Origin: an uncultured virus (IMG/VR IMGVR_UViG_3300032050_000023)
Lineage: Duplodnaviria > Heunggongvirae > Uroviricota > Caudoviricetes
IMG/VR virus record: IMGVR_UViG_3300032050_000023
Reading direction: 5' to 3' (one strand)
DNA length: 64,000 bases
Positions within the stretch are counted from its first letter, which is position 1; each line of letters opens with the position of its first letter. The position numbers and the translations under genes were made by a program. The notes beneath the pieces are model-generated. The model was not told the origin of the DNA and searched no databases. It worked only from the letters and a program-made list of their open reading frames with translations. Below are positions 8,490 to 18,780 of this stretch, piece by piece.

Positions 8490-8837
8490 ATGGAAGTTAT
8501 AGTAAATAATAATAAATATGATGTAAAGTGTGTTCTAACCCAAAAAGATATATCTAATGGTATGATGGGTAAGAAATTTGATAATAATTTTGACGGTATG
8601 TTTTTTATAATGGATGATGGTGAACACAACTTTTGGATGAAAAACTGTATCACACCTTTAGATATTATTTTTATAAACGATAATGTCATTACTAAAATTT
8701 TTGAAAACTGTGAACCGTGTAGAAGTGAGGAATGTAAAAGATATACCGCCAATGGTAATTATGTTTTAGAAATACCTGCTGGTGATTGTTCCAAATACAA
8801 AATAAAAGAAGGAGATACTGTAAATTTTACCCTTTGA
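8490..8837 (+). CDS. DUF192 family protein
   Basis: GMM..., GMFF, FWMKNCITPLDIIFI, YVLEIPAG. Confidence 0.85.
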   Translation: MEVIVNNNKYDVKCVLTQKDISNGMMGKKFDNNFDGMFFIMDDGEHNFWMKNCITPLDIIFINDNVITKIFENCEPCRSEECKRYTANGNYVLEIPAGDCSKYKIKEGDTVNFTL

Positions 8838-10194
8838 TTTTACTTTGTAATATTTCGTGAAATTTACTTTGTATTTCTTTTGTTAAATCCACATAAGATT
8901 TTCCACCCTTACCATTTCTATAAAGAAAACTTATACCAGAAATGTTTGTAATACATTTGTGACCTCCTGAATTAGCGTTAATAATATCCCTTCCATTTAA
9001 AGTAACTTTATCTAAAAGCGCTTTTTGTTTTTCTGAAAGAGTTTTAAAAGGTCTATTCATAATGTTATCCAATATTGGGAACAATGTTTTTCTGTTTGAC
9101 ATTACTTTTAATGAGGGACTTTCTCCATATATCGCCATAAAATCTTTAAATGTGAATCCAACTGACTGAAATACTGTTTTGGTTTCAGATATTCTTTTAA
9201 GTGTTGATAGAGGAACGATTATACTTTCTAGTTCCATGTTCATCTCGTCCAAAACTTCGTTTTTTATCTGACCTAAATCAACTCCTTTCAACGCTCTATC
9301 TTGTTTGAAGGGATTACAAGAAGCCTGAACTAAACCTAACGGCCATGCTATAATTAAAAAATCTGCGTTTGGGTTGTTTTTGAACGGTGTGTACCTATCG
9401 TAAGAACCTGACTTTACCATAGATCCTCCACCATATTGGATTATTATATTTCCGTCCACTTTTACATTTTCGGTATCACTCATTTTTTCTACGTATGATT
9501 TTTGATGTTCTTTCATTTTTAGAACATCGTCATACCCTTCTCGTTTCATTATTGATTTTATCTTAAGTAAGATATTCAAGAGGGATGGTTTACAGTCTAA
9601 AACAAGTTCTTCTAAAAATTTTGGTTTGTTTTTAAATGCTAATAACATTTTATTTGTTACCAAACCCAACATCATTTTGTTTCTACTAACATCAGAATTT
9701 CTATTCAACTTGAAAATATAACTCATAACATCATCGACACTGATGTTGTATTTTGCAAAATCGGCAGAGTCTACAGTTGAGATTAACGTTATATCACTTT
9801 GAGGAAAAATCTCTCTTGGGGAAATTGATTGAGATATTGTTTCAACGTTAGACCTTGAACTTTTAAATGATGTTGATGTACCAGCCTCAACACCAGCTTG
9901 TGTATCATGATGGTCTGTGTGTATAACAAACATTGGTTTACCATGCGCAAAGTCTACCAATACCGGCATCACATCTCCTCTAGCATCAGGTTTTTTTACC
10001 GCAAATTCTTTATCTCCATATTGGATTACTTCAGCATCAACAACATTGATACCATTATCTTCCAAATATTCTTTCATTGCAATTGCGGTGGTAACGCCAT
10101 CTAAATCTTGATGAAAATATATTTTTGCTTTGGGGTATCTTCTTGATAAATCATTAATACCTCTAATACCTGATTCTTTTATTAATTTTGCCAT
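8827..10194 (-). CDS. DHH-family phosphoesterase-like protein
   Basis: HQDLDG, LVDF, TDHH and C-terminal GGHK motifs. Confidence 0.75.
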   Translation of the reverse strand: MAKLIKESGIRGINDLSRRYPKAKIYFHQDLDGVTTAIAMKEYLEDNGINVVDAEVIQYGDKEFAVKKPDARGDVMPVLVDFAHGKPMFVIHTDHHDTQAGVEAGTSTSFKSSRSNVETISQSISPREIFPQSDITLISTVDSADFAKYNISVDDVMSYIFKLNRNSDVSRNKMMLGLVTNKMLLAFKNKPKFLEELVLDCKPSLLNILLKIKSIMKREGYDDVLKMKEHQKSYVEKMSDTENVKVDGNIIIQYGGGSMVKSGSYDRYTPFKNNPNADFLIIAWPLGLVQASCNPFKQDRALKGVDLGQIKNEVLDEMNMELESIIVPLSTLKRISETKTVFQSVGFTFKDFMAIYGESPSLKVMSNRKTLFPILDNIMNRPFKTLSEKQKALLDKVTLNGRDIINANSGGHKCITNISGISFLYRNGKGGKSYVDLTKEIQSKFHEILQSKIKG

Positions 10195-10223
10195 ATCTAT
10201 AAATATGACATTAGAAACAAATG

Positions 10224-11072
10224 TTATACAATCTCATCCTTTATTTCTTGTAATGTCTTGAAGTAATCAACTCTTGTTTTTGCAACTTCTGTGTAATTTG
10301 GTGATAACTCAATTCCTAACCATCTTCTCCCTAATATTTCAGCAGCAACCAAAGTTGTTCCACTACCTGCAAATGGGTCTAATATTACATCGTTTTTGTA
10401 GGACAATATTTTAATTGCTTTCGTTGGGATGTCCATTGAAAACGTCGCCTTGGTGAGTGATTTAGTATCTGCAAAGTAATTCCACTGACCAAAAACAAGT
10501 TCCATAAACTCCTTCTTATCTTGTTCTTCATATACAACTTTCTTTTTTATGGTTCCATCCTCCTGTTCAATTTCAGTAGGTGTCCCTTTCCACTGAGGTT
10601 CTCCTTTAACCTTTTTAATGTGGTGTTTTTTGTATGCAAGTATTACACACTCCTTTGGATTATAAATATATGGTGAACTTGGACTCATCCAAGAACCCCA
10701 AGCAGTTGTCTTACTACGATGAGGTGATTGTTCCTCTAAATCAACAATACCGAAGAACCCAAAACCAATCTCTTTCATTATCTGCCACATCTCTGAAACA
10801 AAGAAAATTCTACCCCCCTTTTTTTGTCTGTTGATTTCATATGGAATATTTAGAGCAATCCTACCATCATCTTTTAATACACGATACACCTGTAATAACC
10901 AATCACGACTGAAAATTTTATAATCCTCAAATTCAACATCATCATCGTGAACATCATAATCAATTCCAACACCATAAGGACAACTAGTTACAACTAAATC
11001 CACACTACCTTCGGGTAATGTTTTCATTACCTCAATACAATCCCCATTTATAATTTTTCCTGTTTCTATCAT
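10224..11072 (-). CDS. DNA methyltransferase, N4-C/N6-A beta class
   Basis: GDC, VTSCPY (SPPY-like), LDPFAGSGTT. Confidence 0.9.
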   Translation of the reverse strand: MIETGKIINGDCIEVMKTLPEGSVDLVVTSCPYGVGIDYDVHDDDVEFEDYKIFSRDWLLQVYRVLKDDGRIALNIPYEINRQKKGGRIFFVSEMWQIMKEIGFGFFGIVDLEEQSPHRSKTTAWGSWMSPSSPYIYNPKECVILAYKKHHIKKVKGEPQWKGTPTEIEQEDGTIKKKVVYEEQDKKEFMELVFGQWNYFADTKSLTKATFSMDIPTKAIKILSYKNDVILDPFAGSGTTLVAAEILGRRWLGIELSPNYTEVAKTRVDYFKTLQEIKDEIV

Positions 11073-11081
11073 ACGTTAAGT

Positions 11082-11873
11082 TTAGTAATTTTTCCAAAGA
11101 GTTTCAACCTTTGTTTTCTTTTTGAATGCTCCGTCTACGGTTTTTACTTCAAAACTTATTTTTTCAAAACCATTTTCAGTTAATCTGTCGTACATTTCAC
11201 AATCATAACCACTGATTAATATTTTAGACTTTGATTTAATAACAACATCTAAAAACTTTTCGTGTTGCTCATCAATCATATCAACATTATATCTTGTATC
11301 TGTTCTTGTTGAATGAACGTATGGTGGGTCACAATAAATGAATATGTTTTCTTGATTGTATTTTTCTATTAGTCCAATACCATCTCTATTAAGAATAATA
11401 ACCTTTGATAGTCTTTGGTGGAGTTCGGGTAGTCTGTCTATTGCCGATAAGAAATCAGATGTAGACTTACTCATTTTTCTTCTAACAATGGTGTTGAGGG
11501 TAATCCCACCAATCCCATTTCTTGATGTTCTGTTCACATAAAAGAAATAAAATGCTCTATCAACAATTGATTGTTCTTCTTTTAGTTTTTCTTTAAATTC
11601 TTTTCTTAAATCCTCAGAGAAGTGAACCAAATCACACTTGAACTTGAATTCTTCAAATAATTCTTTATCTGACAATACTTTATACAACGAATAAACGTTT
11701 TGTTCTAAATCGTTATATATTTCAACTTCGGTTTCTGGTTTTTTTAACCCTATTGAAAATGAACCACCAAAAGGTTCAATGTATGTGTTAAACGTTCCTT
11801 GTTCAGGAAAATACTTGATGATATTATTAAACATTGTTCCTTTTCCTCCAAAATACTTTATTGGTGTGTTCAT
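11082..11873 (-). CDS. Dam-like (D12 class) adenine methyltransferase
   Basis: YFGGK, EPFGGS, YND, YCDPPY. Confidence 0.9.
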   Translation of the reverse strand: MNTPIKYFGGKGTMFNNIIKYFPEQGTFNTYIEPFGGSFSIGLKKPETEVEIYNDLEQNVYSLYKVLSDKELFEEFKFKCDLVHFSEDLRKEFKEKLKEEQSIVDRAFYFFYVNRTSRNGIGGITLNTIVRRKMSKSTSDFLSAIDRLPELHQRLSKVIILNRDGIGLIEKYNQENIFIYCDPPYVHSTRTDTRYNVDMIDEQHEKFLDVVIKSKSKILISGYDCEMYDRLTENGFEKISFEVKTVDGAFKKKTKVETLWKNY

Positions 11874-11878
11874 AAAAA

Positions 11879-12826
11879 TTAATGTTGTGTTTCTTTTTGT
11901 TTTGAATACTGTGTTTCTAAAAATTTATACAGATTTAAAAATTCAGGTAACTTACCGTTTTTTTCCATATAATACGTTCTCATTTTGGAGGAATTTAAAC
12001 CATATCTTACATCATGACCTAATCTATCTTCAACGTGTTTAATTTTGACTTCTTTTTCTAAAATATTTGATATTTTTTTGACAATGTCAATGTTTGAGAC
12101 TCTAAACCCAGTCCCAATATTATATACTGTGTTTTTAACATTATCATCAAACATCAAATCACAAATAACTCTAACATTGTCATATACGTACATCCATTCT
12201 CTGACTTGTTTACCGTCACCATATACAGGGATTTCAATATCATTTTCAATAGACTTAGCAATTTTTGGTAAAAACTTTTCTTCATATTGATGTTCTCCGA
12301 AATTATTACAAGTTCTTGTAATTAAATAGGGTAAACCATATGTTCTATTTGCAGATAAAACTAATAAATCAGAGGATGCCTTTGTTGCTGAGTAGTAAGA
12401 ACTTGTTTTGATGCTTTCATTTTCATCAGCAACATGATTTATTGAAAAATGTTCATCCATGTCTCCGTACACCTCATCGGTAGATATATGTATAAATTTT
12501 TTAATATTTTTATTTTTTCTTGATACTTCAAGTAAATTAAAAGTTCCTTCAACATTTGATTTTATAAAAGGTAACCCATTTTTAATGGAATTATCTACAT
12601 GAGACTCCGCAGCAAAATGAACAATATAATCGTATTCACCTAAATCATCTTCCGTGATATCACATATATCTTTATGTAAAAATAATACATTATGTTTCAA
12701 ATTTTTTTGATTTCCGGCATATGTGAGTTTATCAACACAAAGTATCTCACATTCATAATTTTCCATTACATGATTTATAAAAGCGGATCCTATAAATCCT
12801 AAACCTCCTGTTACTACAATTTTCAT
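11879..12826 (-). CDS. rmlB: dTDP-glucose 4,6-dehydratase
   Basis: VTGGLGFIGS, DKLTYAGN, HFAAESHVD, ISTDEVYG, YSATK. Confidence 0.9.
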   Translation of the reverse strand: MKIVVTGGLGFIGSAFINHVMENYECEILCVDKLTYAGNQKNLKHNVLFLHKDICDITEDDLGEYDYIVHFAAESHVDNSIKNGLPFIKSNVEGTFNLLEVSRKNKNIKKFIHISTDEVYGDMDEHFSINHVADENESIKTSSYYSATKASSDLLVLSANRTYGLPYLITRTCNNFGEHQYEEKFLPKIAKSIENDIEIPVYGDGKQVREWMYVYDNVRVICDLMFDDNVKNTVYNIGTGFRVSNIDIVKKISNILEKEVKIKHVEDRLGHDVRYGLNSSKMRTYYMEKNGKLPEFLNLYKFLETQYSKQKETQH

Positions 12827-13050
12827 TTATTATTTTTTAAATTATTTATGTGGTGAGTTAAATACCACAAGGCTTTTTCAAGGTCCTCTAACTCTTTATC
12901 TTTATTTTTTTTTCCTGCTCTTGAGATGTACTTTACAGTATTACCAAGTGAAAACCCTAAATTCCAAGCATCAATAACCTTGATGGCTTCGTATGGGTTT
13001 GTTTCTCCCCCATAATGATTGGGGTGATTTACCATTTCATTTTTTTCCAT
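12823..13050 (-). CDS. DUF3310-like phage protein
   Basis: VNHPNHY, GNTVKYISRAGKK, EDLEKALWY. Confidence 0.8.
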   Translation of the reverse strand: MEKNEMVNHPNHYGGETNPYEAIKVIDAWNLGFSLGNTVKYISRAGKKNKDKELEDLEKALWYLTHHINNLKNNK

Positions 13051-13052
13051 AA

Positions 13053-13817
13053 TTAAGAAATTGTTTCTTCGTTTTTGAATTCTGTTTGTTTTTTGAAATT
13101 AATATAAGAAATTAATTTCCTTTTGAAAATAGGGAGTAGGGTTTCATCTATCGGAAATTCCCCTTTACTAATCATCTCAAACACTGGTAAACTTTTTTTA
13201 CCTTTGTTCCAATTTGAGTTTTGATTAATGAGTTTAGTTATTGTTGTATTTTTTTCACCAGAATAAATAAGATTAACTAATGTTTTACTTTCGGGTGAGT
13301 TTTTACTTGCTGGTTTAACGGAAAATTCCCAAACATAACAAAGATTACTCTTATCTAAAAAAAAGAAATATCCAATGTCTGATGATATTTCCTTCGCCCT
13401 TTTATTTGGCTTCATAGTTACACTATCATAAACTATTGTCCACACTGACTTTGCAATATTGAAGTATTCATACATTCTTGGTGCTGAATATGTTAGAATT
13501 TTTGCAAACTCCTGATACTCCTCATTTGTCATTTCGGGAACGTCTCTGATTTTTAAATCCTTAACTAATAATTCATCATCTACGGATGAGAATTTCTTAT
13601 CTGTGTATATGATTTTCTTATCTTTAATTAAGGTTTGGACGTTTGCCAAATGAAGTGATAATTCAATGAAACCAGGATAAAGTTCCATCTTATCTAACTT
13701 ATCTCCCATTTTTTGAAAGTATGAAAGTAATTTGTATTCCTTGTGTTCTCTATCAATTGGTTTTTCGAACATCCAATCGGTGTTCATCAAAAATTCTATT
13801 TTCTTTTTTCTTGCCAT
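13053..13817 (-). CDS. hypothetical protein
   Basis: 254-aa ORF. Confidence 0.7.
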   Translation of the reverse strand: MARKKKIEFLMNTDWMFEKPIDREHKEYKLLSYFQKMGDKLDKMELYPGFIELSLHLANVQTLIKDKKIIYTDKKFSSVDDELLVKDLKIRDVPEMTNEEYQEFAKILTYSAPRMYEYFNIAKSVWTIVYDSVTMKPNKRAKEISSDIGYFFFLDKSNLCYVWEFSVKPASKNSPESKTLVNLIYSGEKNTTITKLINQNSNWNKGKKSLPVFEMISKGEFPIDETLLPIFKRKLISYINFKKQTEFKNEETIS

Positions 13818-13856
13818 CTGACATAATAATAACCAATTTGTCTTTTTCTGTAAAGA

Positions 13857-15356
13857 TTAATCAATCCTCATTACAATGTAATAATTGTCATTAATTATTG
13901 TTTCATCATATGAACCATCATATCCATTAAGAGCATTTCCATAATCGTCATCACTAATTAATGCATCTAATAACTTATCTTTATCTATATAATCAAAATA
14001 TTCTAAACCTAACTCATCTAAAAACTCATCTGGGTTTCTTCTAATATCATAAAGTCTATCATCAATCAAATCTTCAATTTCATCTTCATTATACTCACCA
14101 TCTGGATCATCTTTGATACTTTCTATTTCGTATTCAATATCACTTATTCTACTTTCACGTTCATCTTTGTGTTCTTGTGTATCTTCATCTTCATATATTT
14201 GGTGTGGTGAAACAACTTGTCCATCTTTATATAATACCCAACTACTTCTTCCTGGATCTGAACTTGTATTTCTATATTGGAATCTATTACCTTCATCATC
14301 TTCAAAATCAAACACATCACCTTCCTCTCTTGTTGGTTCAGAAATTGGAGCTCTTATTCCTTCATTCTCATAAACCCACTTCTCCATTTCAAGTAACCAT
14401 ATTTCTTCTTCTTGATCTGAACTTAAATTTCTTGTAACACCGTAATTACTTGGATCTTCTTCATACCACCCTCTTATCATATCTTCGAACTCGTCAGCAA
14501 TACTATCACCATCCAAATGACGAGAAGCGTAATCTCTATTAATGTAGTGTTCAGGACTATCAACCCACTCTTGGAAGTAATCTCTCATTGAATCGTCCGC
14601 TTCATATTCTGTTCCAACAGCTATTTCAAAATCTTGACTTAAAGATATGAATCTATGTAAAGAATAGTGACTACCTTCTGGATATAAATCATAAACATCC
14701 GCAGTGTTTTTCAACTCATCAAGTCTTTCTTCGAGTTCGTCATATTCATCACTCATTTCATCACGTAAATCCTCATCTTCTTCTGCTTCCATTCTATCGT
14801 TGAGTTCTTCCATTCTTCTTTCTAACTCTTGATATTCTTCTTCCTCTTCTTCTGTTCTTGCCTTTAATAACCCTAGTTCTACCGCATAATTAAATGCCGC
14901 ATTTGCCATTTCACCTTCTTCATCTGTATTACTTAAATCCCACTCTTTGTCTTCTCTTCTTTGTTCGTTTTCTGCAATTCTTTTTTGTTGTCTGATTTGT
15001 AATTCTCTTTGATATAAAGGTGTGTCCCAATATGTAAATCTTCCTGTGTAATTTAAATTTTTAATATCTCTAATACTTGTTCCTTGAATATTTACATTAC
15101 CCTCAATTTTGATATCTCCTAAACTAGTAACTTTTTTATTTCCACTTATGTCTAAACTACCTTTTATGATTAATTTTTTTCCTCTGAATTTAGGTAGGTG
15201 TGGTATGGCGTGTGCCATATTTCCAACTTGTTTTAAAAGGGTATAATACTCATCAGGTGTAATATAAACTTCTTCGACACCTTCTTCTTCATTTATAATG
15301 TTATTAACCAATCTTTTAAACTGATCCTCTGAAACTACAATTTTTTTCATACTCAT
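13857..15356 (-). CDS. very acidic leader-bearing protein with short solenoid-like repeats and coiled coil
   Basis: MSMKKIVVSEDQFKRLVNNIINEEE leader; IKGSLDISG/IEGNVNIQG repeats; D/E-rich. Confidence 0.7.
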   Translation of the reverse strand: MSMKKIVVSEDQFKRLVNNIINEEEGVEEVYITPDEYYTLLKQVGNMAHAIPHLPKFRGKKLIIKGSLDISGNKKVTSLGDIKIEGNVNIQGTSIRDIKNLNYTGRFTYWDTPLYQRELQIRQQKRIAENEQRREDKEWDLSNTDEEGEMANAAFNYAVELGLLKARTEEEEEEYQELERRMEELNDRMEAEEDEDLRDEMSDEYDELEERLDELKNTADVYDLYPEGSHYSLHRFISLSQDFEIAVGTEYEADDSMRDYFQEWVDSPEHYINRDYASRHLDGDSIADEFEDMIRGWYEEDPSNYGVTRNLSSDQEEEIWLLEMEKWVYENEGIRAPISEPTREEGDVFDFEDDEGNRFQYRNTSSDPGRSSWVLYKDGQVVSPHQIYEDEDTQEHKDERESRISDIEYEIESIKDDPDGEYNEDEIEDLIDDRLYDIRRNPDEFLDELGLEYFDYIDKDKLLDALISDDDYGNALNGYDGSYDETIINDNYYIVMRID

Positions 15357-15436
15357 TTAATAAATATCAAAAGATTTACAAATATAGTTTTGTTGTGATA
15401 TTTATATAAATAAAATAAACAACAAAAACAAAAGCT

Positions 15437-15580
15437 ATGGGTTGTGGTTGTAAAAATAAAGGAAATCAACAAACAAATGCTCCTCAACAGGCTGCGAGAC
15501 CTCAACAGGAAGCAGTTAAAAATCAATCTGTTCAAGAATCAGTAAAAAAGATTGTTGAGAAGTATTATAATAAAAAGTAA
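15437..15580 (+). CDS. small MGCGCK protein (47 aa, not in ORF track)
   Basis: MGCGCKNKGNQQTNAPQQAARPQQEAVKNQSVQESVKKIVEKYYNKK*; TATTTAT at 15399 upstream, terminator downstream. Confidence 0.7.
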   Translation: MGCGCKNKGNQQTNAPQQAARPQQEAVKNQSVQESVKKIVEKYYNKK

Positions 15581-15603
15581 TTTCCTTTGGCCAAAGAAAA
15601 ATT

Positions 15604-15629
15604 AAAGGTGGAATTTTCCACCTTTTTTT
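15604..15629 (+). terminator. intrinsic terminator
   Basis: AAAGGTGGAA-tt-TTCCACCTTT plus T-tract. Confidence 0.75.
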
Positions 15630-15642
15630 GTATTTATAAGAT

Positions 15643-16746
15643 ATGGCAAATTTAACTAATTACATAGAGTGGTTTAAAGGAGATAGAGATGACTATAATA
15701 AAGTCATGCGAGTATTTAATAATCCAAAGAATTTTCTACAACTTATAATCAAAAAAGGATTACAAGATGAAGTTGATATTTACGAAATTCCTCCATCTGC
15801 GTTTGAAGAAGACGAAACTTTATTGGACTACCTTCATCAAAACGGTTTTTTAGAAGATATAAATGTCAGACATTTGGCTGATGAGTTACAAAATAGATTT
15901 ATGTTATGGTGGTTAAATAAAGACCCAAAATCTTGTCTTAAATACGTCTGTGATAATCTACTTACTGATGTTTTTGAAAGGGGTGATGGTTATTGGTTAC
16001 GTTTAGATGGAAGAGATGAACTTGCAAAATTTTTTAAAGATTATAGAAGAGAAACAAGTCCCAATGATGTAGCAAGAAGAGTACTTGAAGATTCGGATTT
16101 TTATGATACATTTTATGACTCAACTGATGATGTATATAGAGATGTGATTGAGGAACTTGATGATACTAATTTACAACATCTTGCTAAATACATTATGGAC
16201 TCTATTGGTAACCAAGATTTAAGTATTGAGGAGTATGGTTCTGACTTTTTCCATGAATTAATGAGTGAACAAGGAAGGGAGGACTTTTTTCAAATTAGAA
16301 ACGAAGATGTATATAATTTGATTAAAGATGAGGAAGCGATGAATGAATTACTAAAAGGTGATTTATCTGACTTGAAGGGTGAGTTGTATAGTATCCATAA
16401 TAATGCTTATAACGGTGCTTATGGTGATGAATGTTATAATATGGTAATGGATGGTTTACAAGAATTTTTCTCATCTAAAATATCAGAAGAACAAACTAAA
16501 GTCCGTGATAGAACAATGTATATTCCTTATATTAGAATAAAGGATTTTCCTTACGATGTAAAAGTTTATTTAGAAAATAATTTAGGTTCAAATTGGACAC
16601 TTGATTATTTTGGTTCATTTACTGGTATTATGGATGCTTTATTTGATGATGAGGTTTTTGAAAAAATTAGTTTTAGAATACCTGATTACCCTGACTATGA
16701 ATTAGTTCAAAATCAAATAAACGAGATATTCACTCATTACATCTAA
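15643..16746 (+). CDS. acidic hypothetical protein
   Basis: 367-aa ORF; TATTTAT at 15631. Confidence 0.7.
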   Translation: MANLTNYIEWFKGDRDDYNKVMRVFNNPKNFLQLIIKKGLQDEVDIYEIPPSAFEEDETLLDYLHQNGFLEDINVRHLADELQNRFMLWWLNKDPKSCLKYVCDNLLTDVFERGDGYWLRLDGRDELAKFFKDYRRETSPNDVARRVLEDSDFYDTFYDSTDDVYRDVIEELDDTNLQHLAKYIMDSIGNQDLSIEEYGSDFFHELMSEQGREDFFQIRNEDVYNLIKDEEAMNELLKGDLSDLKGELYSIHNNAYNGAYGDECYNMVMDGLQEFFSSKISEEQTKVRDRTMYIPYIRIKDFPYDVKVYLENNLGSNWTLDYFGSFTGIMDALFDDEVFEKISFRIPDYPDYELVQNQINEIFTHYI

Positions 16747-16800
16747 CAACTATTTAGTTATTGAAATAAAAATCATATCAATTGTTAAAAATAATTTGAT

Positions 16801-17496
16801 ATGAGAAAATTAGATGTTAATACAAGAAGGGGCGTTGTAAATTTATTTGCCGACTTCATTTTATCAAAGATTGGTAAGAAAGAAAATTCAATTATCCAAG
16901 TTACAGACTTCGAAAAGTTTTTTGTGATAAGGGGAATCACAACAAGTAAGGAAATTTTGGATACTCAAGTAATTAAGTTCGAATTTTGTGAAAAATTTAA
17001 AAAAGAAATAGAACTATCTGAAATATCTTACATGAATATTATCGACATTATTGATTATAATAAATCATTAAAAAATGATGATACTGTTCAATTTGAAATC
17101 AATAAAGACATTTATAAAGATGTTATTAGTAATACATTAGATGTATCAATATCCTCTGAGTTTCCTTACGGTTATAGTTTAGAGTATGACCGATTAAAAT
17201 ACTATTACTCACATTATATTTTCAATCATATGTATTCTCTTTTAGGTGTAGATAATGTTTCTTTTACATATAGTACAGAAAAAAATGAAGAAGACGAATT
17301 TATGATTGATGTTAATTGTGACTCAAGGTTTGAAAAGGAAAAAATACTATCTTTGATATTAGATGTTTTTGATTTTGATTTAGAGTCTTTTAGGGAAAAA
17401 ATACATGGTTATAATTTAATTGATGATATAACACATCAAGATAAAATCAAACCTTATTTAGTACAAGATTTATTAGAACACGTAATTATTATTTAA
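16801..17496 (+). CDS. hypothetical protein, possibly a degenerate SAM-synthetase (MetK)-like fold
   Basis: NLFADFILSKI...FVIRGITTS, FPYGYS and KILSLILDVFDF echo MetK segments; catalytic motifs absent. Confidence 0.35.
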   Translation: MRKLDVNTRRGVVNLFADFILSKIGKKENSIIQVTDFEKFFVIRGITTSKEILDTQVIKFEFCEKFKKEIELSEISYMNIIDIIDYNKSLKNDDTVQFEINKDIYKDVISNTLDVSISSEFPYGYSLEYDRLKYYYSHYIFNHMYSLLGVDNVSFTYSTEKNEEDEFMIDVNCDSRFEKEKILSLILDVFDFDLESFREKIHGYNLIDDITHQDKIKPYLVQDLLEHVIII

Positions 17497-17499
17497 AAT

Positions 17500-17527
17500 A
17501 AAACCCCATTTTTAAATGGGGTTTTTT
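17500..17527. terminator. bidirectional terminator between convergent genes
   Basis: AAAACCCCATTT-tt-AAATGGGGTTTT. Confidence 0.75.
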
Positions 17528-17814
17528 GTGTTGTCATAAAATTCTTTTATTATACTTACACCTTCTTCTAACTCATCAAAGTCTCTTTCGGGTGCATATA
17601 ATTGGGTATCTGGAGATTCACTTTCAGGATTTTCTATTGTCATAAATGCCGGTACATAATCATTACCAGTAATTTCAGAAAAAATTTGATATTCTTGTTC
17701 GTACTCGTGTATATCTCTTTCGAAAAACTCTATATTCTCATTAACTAACATATCTTTTAGTTCCTGACAATATGGACAGGTTTTCATAGTGAACAAAACA
17801 ACAATCTTATCCAT
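17512..17814 (-). CDS. glutaredoxin-like protein
   Basis: CPYC active site, YVP motif. Confidence 0.85.
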   Translation of the reverse strand: MDKIVVLFTMKTCPYCQELKDMLVNENIEFFERDIHEYEQEYQIFSEITGNDYVPAFMTIENPESESPDTQLYAPERDFDELEEGVSIIKEFYDNTKNPI

Positions 17815-18121
17815 TTATCAATTCTTTTAACATATCATTTATTTGGGTTTCTGATAAAACCCCAACTCTAGTGTCAACAATTTCTCTACTATTAAAAACT
17901 TTAATTGTTGGGATGCTTTTTATACCCATTGACATAGCAATTTCTCTATTCATGTCAACATTCATTGTGTACATCTCAACCTCAGATTTATTCTCGTTGG
18001 CAACCTTTTCAAATTTTGGTTTCATCATCTTACATGGACCACACCATTCAGCCCAGAATTCAACGATGATACGTTTACCATCGTTTATTTTTTCTTGCAA
18101 TTCAATACTACTGATTTCCAT
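17807..18121 (-). CDS. trxA: thioredoxin
   Basis: FWAEWCGPCK, SIPT. Confidence 0.9.
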   Translation of the reverse strand: MEISSIELQEKINDGKRIIVEFWAEWCGPCKMMKPKFEKVANENKSEVEMYTMNVDMNREIAMSMGIKSIPTIKVFNSREIVDTRVGVLSETQINDMLKELING

Positions 18122-18377
18122 TTATTCCTATCATTATTTTTTTTAATTGATCATCTAACGCATAAGTACTTGAATAATAATTAGACCTCATACCTCTGTT
18201 ATTTAGTTTGTCATGATATCCAGTGTCATAAGCTCCGTTGATTGTATACCTCTCAATACTTTCAATTTCATTTATTTTATCTTTTAACTCACCAATAAAT
18301 GTTTTCACATTTTCTTCAATAGTTTCAGTATCTCTATTTTCTAACCATTTATTCAACTCTTGTTTAAATGTTTTCAT
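18108..18377 (-). CDS. hypothetical protein
   Basis: 89-aa ORF. Confidence 0.6.
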   Translation of the reverse strand: MKTFKQELNKWLENRDTETIEENVKTFIGELKDKINEIESIERYTINGAYDTGYHDKLNNRGMRSNYYSSTYALDDQLKKIMIGINGNQ

Positions 18378-18415
18378 GATTAATATTAGTTTATTTTAAT
18401 TTAAAATTAATAGTT

Positions 18416-18775
18416 CTATCCTAATTTAATTAAATTTTTTACCAAAAAATTGACTTCATCTAACTTATCAACCTCGTAATAAATTTTTAATTGATAACTA
18501 GCTTCCATAGTATTCTCTTTTGACAGATATAAATAAATATTAGACCTGTGTCTAAATATTCCTTCCATATGAATTAAAGTCCCATTATTTTCAATACTGT
18601 CCAAATATTCAACATCATAATTTTTTGTCATTAAAAAATCGGGACTGATTGAAGTATAACTACTAACTTTCAATTCACAAAAAACTTTATCAAATTTTTT
18701 TGATAAATTTTTCTTAAATAAATCATCTATTTTGAAAACTTTTGACATATGTAAAAGGGGGTATTTCACCCCCAT
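18416..18775 (-). CDS. hypothetical protein
   Basis: ORF; start uncertain (MGVKY chosen). Confidence 0.55.
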   Translation of the reverse strand: MGVKYPLLHMSKVFKIDDLFKKNLSKKFDKVFCELKVSSYTSISPDFLMTKNYDVEYLDSIENNGTLIHMEGIFRHRSNIYLYLSKENTMEASYQLKIYYEVDKLDEVNFLVKNLIKLG

Positions 18776-18780
18776 GTTTG

